Positions 54,501-64,000 of a stretch of DNA of 64,000 nucleotides are shown in pieces. This DNA comes from Tubulanus polymorphus (lineage: Eukaryota > Animalia > Nemertea), in assembly GCF_964204645.1 (NCBI RefSeq), contig NC_134026.1, positions 29,980,150 to 30,044,149 on the forward strand, in the 5' to 3' direction. A model generated the notes under the pieces. The model made no database searches. It saw nothing but the letters and a program-made list of their open reading frames with translations, and was not told the DNA's origin. Position 1 is the stretch's first letter. Each line of letters opens with the position of its first letter. Made by a program: the position numbers and the translations under genes.

Positions 54501-57500
54501 GTTTTCGTCCTTTCCGTTGATTCGTGCTCCAAATGCGGATAGTTGAAATATTTGTTCCCAGAAAGGTCAAGTTTATTAAGTAGTTTGTGTTTCTGGATTT
54601 ACCCATGTCAAACTTCGACTACTCGTTCTTTTCATACTGTCACAAGAGTACTCAGGCCGTACACTCTCGCACAACTTGGTACAATTTATTTTGCGTGCCA
54701 CATCAAAAGAAAGCGACATATCGCAGCAGTTGTCAATAAGACACGATTCTCTTACAGTACCCGTTATCTTCTTAGCATAATACGTCATGAATAGAAATTC
54801 TGTTATATTAATGTTCACGATCAGTCGCTGCAATGAACAGAATTTTTTTTTTTTTTCGAACTTCGTCCGAAAGGAAATTCGAAAGAAATGCATAGATTAA
54901 AAAATTTCTGGGAATCTTGAGTTCGATTGTCTTTCCCAGATCAGATACGGGGTTAGACCCCTGTGCCAGGTAAAACTTTCCACAACTGCGACCTCTGGTG
55001 GCTATATTGGAGTTTAATGCTAGTTTTGAAGTCACGCGTCGTCACAAACTATTATGATTAAGTTAAAAGAACAAGCGACAAAAATGTATTTATTTCATTA
55101 GTTAATTCTTTGATTCTTCGCATTATAGAAATAATGGAGTACTGCGTTACCCTTTCCGTAAAATATCTGATCTGTACGAATAAAACGGAAACTCGGGAAT
55201 ACAGATGATATTGGAATTTCCTTCTGTTTGTGGCAAAGGAAGTCAGGGTTAATTGATCAATACGCCTCGTCAGACTTATGAGATCTTATGAAAAATTCTT
55301 CGTTTGAAGTTAGTAAGTCAATATTGGCGCACGTGTTCAAGATACTATAAGATGTATGTTTATGAAAAAAAATGTATAAAAAATTCTTCTGTGTGTGTGT
55401 GTGTGACATAGTAAAAGATTAACTTGATATGTGAATCAAATGCACCTAATTTCACTTCTTGTTTTCTCCGATTCGGGACGAATGGAAATCATTTTACGCG
55501 TAAATATTATTGTGGAAATCGTCCCGTTTCATAATGATATTTCGAAGAATGAAGAATTCATCAAATCATCTATCTTTAACTGGAAAATAGTGATCGAAGA
55601 ATACGTACATACCGTTTAATATATGTATATATGCGTCCTTTGATATCGATAAAAAGAAATAGAATGACAAGAAACCACGCAAAATAGTTCTGATATTTTA
55701 GTATAAATCCGATCGACAAATTCCACTATCGAATTTGTATCTATTGGTATAAATTGCTTTCTGCCAGTAGTACAGTAAATTGATCGCTTTTCAAATAAAC
55801 ACTAGGGATATCGTGGATAATGTTCCTGAACCTATTGTTCCTAATAGATATTTAGATCATGTATATTTTTCAGATATTATATGATATAAAACTCTTGTGG
55901 TTTCGATTCATTAATTTCGTCGCATATTGATGAATGTTCGTCAATAGCCACCAATAGAAATAGAAATCATGTATAAAAACGATTATAAGTTTCATAATAA
56001 CGTTATTGTGAGCCTTTTGGGACTAGCATGCCACAGATGTCGGGGTTGTATGGCTCTATAAATCGCACACGCTTTGGAATTTGTGCTTTAGTATTTATAT
56101 AAAAGACGACGAACTTTTTATTATGAATATTGTAGTCGATTCCTTTAAAATAAAAACAAATCGTTGCACAAACTTTGGAAGTCGTGGTGTTTCTATATTT
56201 TCACTGCCTAGTTTCTGAACTTGTCTCTAAACGCATCTTTAGGTTTAGGAATTCTTTCTTACCGGTCATACCAATGTTTGCCGTATAAACGCGTGTAAAC
56301 AATTAACACTGTTGACAATAAACAATATATAAGTATATCTGAACGACCTGTCATTAGTATATAGGAATTCATAACATATTCAACACGCATGCGGGTGTGT
56401 ACTTCATAAATCTCACCCGTTAGCTAAAGATTCACCCGCTTATTAAACTGCAATTCGGTTTTTAATGACGAATGGGTTTTGTGATTGTAGACAAACGGAT
56501 GGGTAAGAACCTTCACATTTCGGTGAAGTGAGCTAGAAGGACTTGAAGGCACAAGACGCATCAACCACGAGTTTACTATTCGACAGTTTGTAACGTGTCG
56601 CATCGAGAGAGGATACAATTATGGCTTCAGTGTGAAAAACCATCGGATGCAGTCTACTAAAATAAACATGGATCGCAGACGTGGATGCATCTGCTTGTTA
56701 CGTCATGAAATTGCCTAAAATCGTGTCTTCATTAGGCAGACTGTTAGTCGTATCGAGGTAGGTCTCATTTCTTTTATCCTATATTTCACATTCTTCGACT
56801 TAATTTGTGCTATAATAACCTACATAATCAAATGCATTTGATGATGATACAATCTATTGGGTTAGGTGCAAAGAATTCAGTATGAAAAACATTTTTGTGC
56901 GACACTATTTGGGACAGTATGTCGAAATTTTTACGTTTGTGCGGATAATGAAATAGGGATTATGTTTCTCCTTGTGTTGCGCGCCGTGTTTTGCTTCGTA
57001 CAAAAGCCTGTGTCTTATAATCGTGTAATTTATGATACATAAGCAAGCAGTTTCCATAATCAGTTTTTGTCGGTGGTTCCTATTTATGTGGAAAAGATGC
57101 GTGTGGCATATAACAGTCGTTGTCGCGATATTTCCACTAGAACGGGTAGCAACAAAACATGAACAGGTTTTACACGGCAACTTCAAGTGTTAAAACACTT
57201 TTAAATAACCATCATCAAAACATAAAAGATAACTTTGAAGACGTTTGATTGACACAGAACCGAAAACCGATTCGATTAGGATTTTATTGTTAGTTCGGCC
57301 CACACGCAGTGTTAAAACGACTTTGGGATACGAATGAATTAACGGGTCTCTGATTTAATCGTTTATTTCTGGACGTGACTTCACTCAGTTTCTATCAACT
57401 TTCACCATCATCAGACGTACAGTCCTTAATTCAATACAGATCAGACTTTGCATACGGTTTTTGCTCGATTTAATACGAAAATAATTATGGGGCGTAGGGT

Positions 57501-60500
57501 GAAGATTGCGAAGGTGAATTTATAATCCTTTCTCAAACGTACTCCGCTATTTTGATGCATTGCTTTCGATGATTAGGATTATGCGGAGGATAGGGGAAGC
57601 CGCCGCCGTGCATCGGGGGAAATGTGACAAAATTAATTCCTATCGGTTTTAATCTAAATACTCTTCTGATGAACTGCAGTAACGTTACGGATGCCGACAA
57701 TCGATCGTTGCGTTGAGATGAGAGAAAACCTCATAAGCCGATGTTACCCCGAACTTAATTAAGGTCTGAAGGAAAAAAGTACCGCGAGTACAACGAAAGA
57801 AAGAGGTCTGTTTACACATACAAGTCACACTCCAGCCACATCGCTCCTCTGTCTCCCCCTCCCCCCTCTCTCTCTCTCCCGGTCTATCTTACTGAACAGA
57901 AGGTGTCTGTGGCCAATCAACTAAACACTTTATTTCTGCCCGGATCCAATTCTCTGAGTTAGTTGATTGGGTACATTGTCAGTTGAGGGCCCTCAACGTT
58001 CGTTCCTCGCCGAGCTCAAACAAGTAGATAGACCGTCATGGCCGCGCAAAACTAATTAGTAAAAACGTATGACATTACGTTAGAAGATAAAAATGACAAT
58101 TTCAGTGAAAGCTAATGTTAAATTTGAGGCTAATGCAAGTATTTTGGTCGTGCTGCGGTTCTTAACATGATGAAATATTCATCGTATTGTGTCTTTGATA
58201 TGAAATACGTAACCTTAAAATCGCTTGACATACAATCCATCATTTTGTCATCAAGTTTCTCGGAAGAATGGTAATTATTCTATACCATTTTATTGTATTG
58301 TTTATTTATTTATTTATTTCCTGAATAATTTACATCAATAAATAAATACCAGACAAAATTACAATAGATGATTAATTTGGTTCATACAAAATATATATAA
58401 ACTGATGTAAAATAACAGCAGGGCAACCAGAGGAAAGCAGAGCTTGTAATATATATTGTTTAAATGTCTATAGTTTATTCATCATTTCAACCACATTCCG
58501 ACAGTTTGGAATTTTAAGATTTATTTCGACGCGTCGGATCTTAAAATCAAACGTGCAATTGCTGGAATTCTGCCGGCCTCGTATTAAACAATCACGCGTG
58601 ACTTATTCGACGGTAAGCACTTTAGAAAGGGTAGATATGACAAAATGTCACACGAACTCAAAGCTGTGAACTCGTTGTTAGGAGAAGTATTCGCCGCGAA
58701 TTTCGACTGTCATTTCGTATACCGAATTAGAACTCGATAAAATAAGATACGCCTGTCTTCGCCAGAACACTGGGCCGACCATAAAATAATTCCCCATTAC
58801 TTGAGATAAACGTTGCTCTGGTTAATCCTGTTGTGTAAACTCGCGTGCCCGGTAAATATTCCACTGACTTTGACTAATGACACTTATTATCATTCGACTA
58901 TTTCATATTGTTGTATCGTGCTAATAAATGCCAGTTTTCTACACCATGGTTGGTCAGTTTGAAAGATTAGATCGCGGCATATATTGATTAATATATTATA
59001 TATATATATTATATGATTAATTATATTAATAATGAACATAATAATCACGTTCATTATATCGGTTATCGTTGTGACATTCCATAATCAGGAGTCTTACGAA
59101 AACCACGACTTTTATTATTTTTTCATTTTCAATAATTTCGAATTATTCTTTTTCAAATTTCTAAGTACATTATTTGCAAACAAAACCGGTAGCTGGGTAT
59201 TCTGCCATTGCTGTTATTTGAGGTGCTAACTGGTTAAAAAAAGAAAGGAGACTAAAATATATTTAGATATGCTATGATTTATATCATAAACTTCGGATAA
59301 ATATATTATATAGTGCCGTACATGGAATATGTTAAACACCGTGTGAGGTAACACAGATGATTTAAGAAGCTTAAAAACTTGAAACGTCTTTCAATAGGCA
59401 AACACTCAAATTCCTTGTCTTTTCATTTGCTGCGACGCTGCGTTTTTATTTTCCGCAATAACATTTTTGTAAATGTATTCTCTTGCAGTCTCGCTACTTG
59501 ACTTAAGAATGCAAACTGTCATGTGGCATACCACAGCAATTTTACCCTTACAAATACATTCACACACACAACATTCATAGTAGTTTCAAATACCCCGATT
59601 TTTTAGGTTTCTTCTGCTTAAAGGATACCGTACAAGAAATAAAGCATTAAGGTAGAAAATATAACTGCCCTTATAGTGTCTATTCTTAGTCAGGAATGCG
59701 CGCTTTATGCGTTATTTCGGGTTTTCAAAGAAATTAATAAATTGTTGATAGTGTTTGAAATTAATGAGAAAGCGCCTTTATAGGACCAACACGTCCAGTT
59801 GTCTTGTAAATCCGGTAAATTCGTGTTTACAAAGCGTTCGAAAATTATCGCAAAATGTCACCTCTGAGTTCTAGTTCTCAACTATATTTAATATAGCGTA
59901 AAATGCGATTTATCATATTCTAGAAGATAGATTGTTTTTGCCTGGTTGTAATGTTTTCACGACACTTTTCTCGTTATAGATCACGTATTATAAGAAAAAA
60001 AAACAGTTGTTACGGCTAATTCATTAACGTTGTTCGCAGCATTCATAATCAGTAAAATGGTTTCAGTAAAAATGCTCTTTCATAACAGATATGATAAATG
60101 TTCGTACTATGATCGAAATTTCACTGGGAACTCAAATCTGGATCAGTCCCGTATCCGTCCACAGCTTCCCGGGGAAGAGGAGCTGTGTTCTCTACCCATA
60201 AATTTCACTTACGAATTTCCTATTTCACGAATACTATCAGATTAATCATAATCATTATCATAATCATTACTGCTTATGAACTTATACAGCGCCGAATTCT
60301 AAGAAGGCTCTCAAGGTGCTGCAGATTGAAGTGTAAATCATAAGCGCTAATATGTTAGTAAATTACTAATCGGTGATAAGTAATCATGATTAGATGAAGT
60401 GTGACATTTTACGTACGTAAGTGAGATTCTGTGATATAACCGTTGGCGACAGAATGTCAAGACGTTATGCCCATAAACGGTAATGGTCGTGGAAATCATT

Positions 60501-62181
60501 TCACTTTAAAGAAACGGAAATCGAGAATTGTTGGCGACCGCAATTTGAACTGAACTGAATTTATTAGGTATCTCACGAATTTTAATTCTAGTCGCTGCGA
60601 ATATGTAAAGTATTGTCTGTGTGACAATAGAACTATTATTGTGGCGTTTTAAAACGGAAGATAACGCGATTTCTTTTCAATTGTGAATTTCGACAAAAAG
60701 TGTCTCGTTTAATAGAAAACAACAGTAACTTGTTTCCGCAAAAATCTTCAAACCGCACATTGTAGTTCGACAATTAATGATTCAAGGATCGCAAAAGTGA
60801 AGGTGAGAAATACATTACGAGACACGAGGATATTTCGTAGAATGCACTGTTAATTAGGTATATACCATTCACATTCTGTAATATACGAACTATTCTTCAG
60901 AAATTATATATTTTTGGTCGGTATATTAACAATATCGACGACGAGTGCCATCAGAAAGTCTATCTGACAAAAAAGAAAATTACAGCGTCAGTAGAAAATG
61001 CTTCTATAGATCGTGTGCAGATCACTTGAGAATTGAGAGCCCTTAGATGTAATTGGTCGACTCAGTGAGCGAAAAATGTCGATATATCGTTATAAATATG
61101 ACCCACTCGATCTATGACTTTGTGCCTGGTTGCTTTAGTATCGATACACGCATCGTTATTGGGCAAATCATCAATTCGTGATGCATATAATGGTGGCGAC
61201 ACCTCGTAGAAAACAGAAAGCGCACCAACCAACCAGAGAGATAACGACCCTGGGACACGTAGCGTTTCCCGCGAACACTATTCAATCGTAGTCATATTCA
61301 ATAGATAACTGGACGAAACAACTTCTCTTCTCGCCGCCAGCTATAGAGAAGTGCGATGATGGTTGTATTAAGTTTGAACCACCAATTAGTAATAACCAAA
61401 AATACGCGTCGAGTCTAAGAATTCCGTGTATTCATTATTTACTCGGATGTTGCGTGAAGTGTTTCTCAAGTCGAATTGAGTAATTGTAAATTTTTGTTAT
61501 CCAACGCACCGGGAGTTAATTATTAATCATTGTTACATGTGTTTGATTTTCTGAGACGTCTTGGCGAATTTGAACGACCGAATGTCTGCGAGAGATAGTT
61601 AGTTACAGACGGCACTCATTCCAACGTCGCGCGTCAGTCAACTCACCGCGGTCTGTATCGTAAACCCACGGATTTTTCGCCACCGAACCGGATATCATAT
61701 CTGTCCAATCGGCTCTCAAAACAACGGCCGAAGAAAAAGTATTGGCGGGTGGATAGAAAAGAAGGAACCACATTGTTGACACATAATTCTGGCTTATGTG
61801 TTTTACCTTGAATATGGCGGAAATAATTGTATTATTTACATGAGAAGTCGACTCAGTGGTTGTGTGTTCCGGTGGCGGGGAGTATCAAAATGTGTCTGTC
61901 ATTATCGGAGAGTTTAGGATATTTATATGCCCCTAAATGTTCAGCCATCGCACAAGAGAAAACCTAGCGTTAGGGAACACATCAACCCTAGAACAATCGG
62001 TAGTAGACACCTTAGTAGATACGCGAGCCGATTCGAGATATACCGACTTTACTTTGAGATTTGCGATCATCTACATTCATTCATCGATAAAAACACGAAC
62101 CGAGAAGACATTGTGTGGACAGTGTCAATTGTATCAGCCGTCAGTTCCCGGCAGGATAATGTTCTTGGTGTTAGGATTAAT

Positions 62182-62812
62182 ATGTACATGTTTTTCAGGT
62201 TGCTCGCACTGACCGTGCTTACACAGTTAACTATAAACGTGGTAAGTACTTACTTCAAAATCATTTTGAATCAATATTAACGTTCGCGATACCATTCACT
62301 AGCAGTTCAAGTGTCTAGAAAATACCATGTTTTTCGATAGTAGTCCGCAAAAAAATAATGACGTGAATAAACGTTAATGCGATGAAATTGAAATAGAAAT
62401 TCTCGAGAGTTTTTTTTTTCTGACTGTATTGTAATGATACTCCAAGCGCTGTCCGTATTCATTCAGACACAACATGTTTTTTTTCTACGAACTATATATT
62501 TTTTAGATCTGATAAGCCTCTTATTAATCATTATCATATTTGAAAGCTTTTACGCTATCGATCACTCGATGGTTTTTATTGCACAACATCTTATCATCTT
62601 ATCAGTAAATCGTAATATGATTTTTTTTCTCATGTTATAGATGTATGGAGCAGCTATGCAAATGGCCAGTTACGCCGATTTTTCACCAAAAGAGCATCAT
62701 GGAACGGTCAAACGTCCTTATCATTTACACGCGGAATGTAGCAGGCATAATGTTATAATAAGAGGACACAGAGTGTACGCTTCTAAACCACGAAGTGCTG
62801 ATAGACAATACG
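62182..62812 (+). CDS. FGF8/17/18: FGF8/17/18-family fibroblast growth factor, 5' exons only (continues beyond window; first exon uncertain, candidate 60394-60416)
   Basis: Exon 62199-62241 (tttttcag|...|gtaagt) encodes hydrophobic LLALTVLTQLTINV. Exon 62641-62812 (ttatag|...|gtaagt) encodes KRPYHLHAECSRHNVIIRGHRVYA...DRQY, alignable by eye to the FGF8 segment RTYQLYSRTSGKHVQV..RINA..DGDPF, with the same 0/1 intron phases. Confidence 0.72.
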
Positions 62813-64000
62813 GTAAGTCTTATCAGTTACATCGTGATCTAACAGATCATTTCTCACTTAAACCGAAATCTGACCCGGGGTTGACGCCATTCACGTCCAA
62901 TCTGTAGGAAATCGAAATCGAAAGCGAATTTTGTTGAATATTTTATCTGAACTGTGAATATTACTGCTACAATAGTTATGTACGAGTAAAGAACACATGT
63001 ATAAATTGTTAATGAATTATCTTTCGCCATTCATCATGTTTTGTTCGTTACTCGTCGGACACTTTGTTTATTCAACATTACGTTCATCAAAATAAAACCA
63101 CCAAGATACAATACAATTATTGCTAAGATGCTCACTGAATCTTTGACATTAAACGCGGGTTTGTTAAGGTAACGGAAGCTAATCATAAGCGGGGTTGTTT
63201 GCTCTACCAGGGCACTGTCTTTCGATAACCTTGACATCACAGTTTACCTCTGCGGTTGTGTATTATAAAACAGAATAGTGGAGTTCGACGTCATTGGATC
63301 GGTTAATTGAATATTTCATTTCGGTGGCGGAAATATTATATCGCTAAAAACACACGATTCTAGTTTACTCGTACTGAAAACCTTGGTAAATAGTGTTTAT
63401 AAACGAAATACACACGTATTGTCGGTCGACCGTGCATCAATACATCGAGTTCCAGTACTTCCCCGAATTCTATATTCATTTTGTTTACACGTTAGTTTAT
63501 TATATATATATATATATGCATTCGATATGATTTTCAGGAAAAGAACAATTCTATTATTTGAAGTTTACAAAAATGTGGGGTTAAAAGTGTGAAGCTATAG
63601 TACTATATTCTACAAATTTTTAACCTTTTCGTGTTCGGGGTTAGCTTTTGAAACTTACTCAACCGCACATCCCAGAAATCTATTTCTATAATGGTTTTTA
63701 TGTAATGTATCCAGAATCGGGTGTCGTCGAGATTCCAGAAGTGTACAATGTGTGTTCTGCGCTTAAACTTCTATCTTGAAAATAATATTGGACAAGAAAC
63801 TAATAAATGTGACAGGGACAAAATATCGATGAGAAAAACAGCTCATTTAATGTGTCATTTCATCGTCAGTTATTGCATTTAATTAGTCGCTCTTTTCTAA
63901 TATAATTCTGACAGGTCACAACTAGTGATCAAACTACGGCTCTGTGTCTTTAGATAGATATTTGTCAGAACAGCAACGGAAAGGAATTCCTCATCTCACT

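Noticed and set aside
63039-63057. TTTGTTCGTT resembling the miR-375 5' end
   Set aside because: The rest of the sequence diverges and no precursor hairpin is evident.

Overview
AT-rich eukaryotic (metazoan invertebrate, probably lophotrochozoan; taxon is inference) genomic DNA with many short GT-AG introns, so the ORF track shows only exon fragments. Left to right: a giant mosaic astacin metalloprotease (-, runs off the left edge), an intronless orphan peptide GPCR (-), ELMOD3 (-) head-to-head with the mitochondrial selenoprotein TXNRD2 (+), DHRS11 (-), DCLRE1A/SNM1A (+), CREBRF/REPTOR (+), a Cys-rich single-pass membrane protein (-), two intronless NRY-motif GPCRs (-), a ~12-14 kb gene-free stretch, and the 5' exons of an FGF8/17/18-type gene (+, runs off the right edge). 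The most interesting signals are RNA-level. TXNRD2 has an in-frame UGA (Sec), a type II SECIS, an extra long hairpin 10 nt after the UGA and a U12-type intron. CREBRF has a chain of tiny uORFs, FOXO/CRE promoter motifs and nine Pumilio elements in a ~3.7 kb 3' region. Several MITEs are present. No prokaryotic features or CRISPR arrays were seen.
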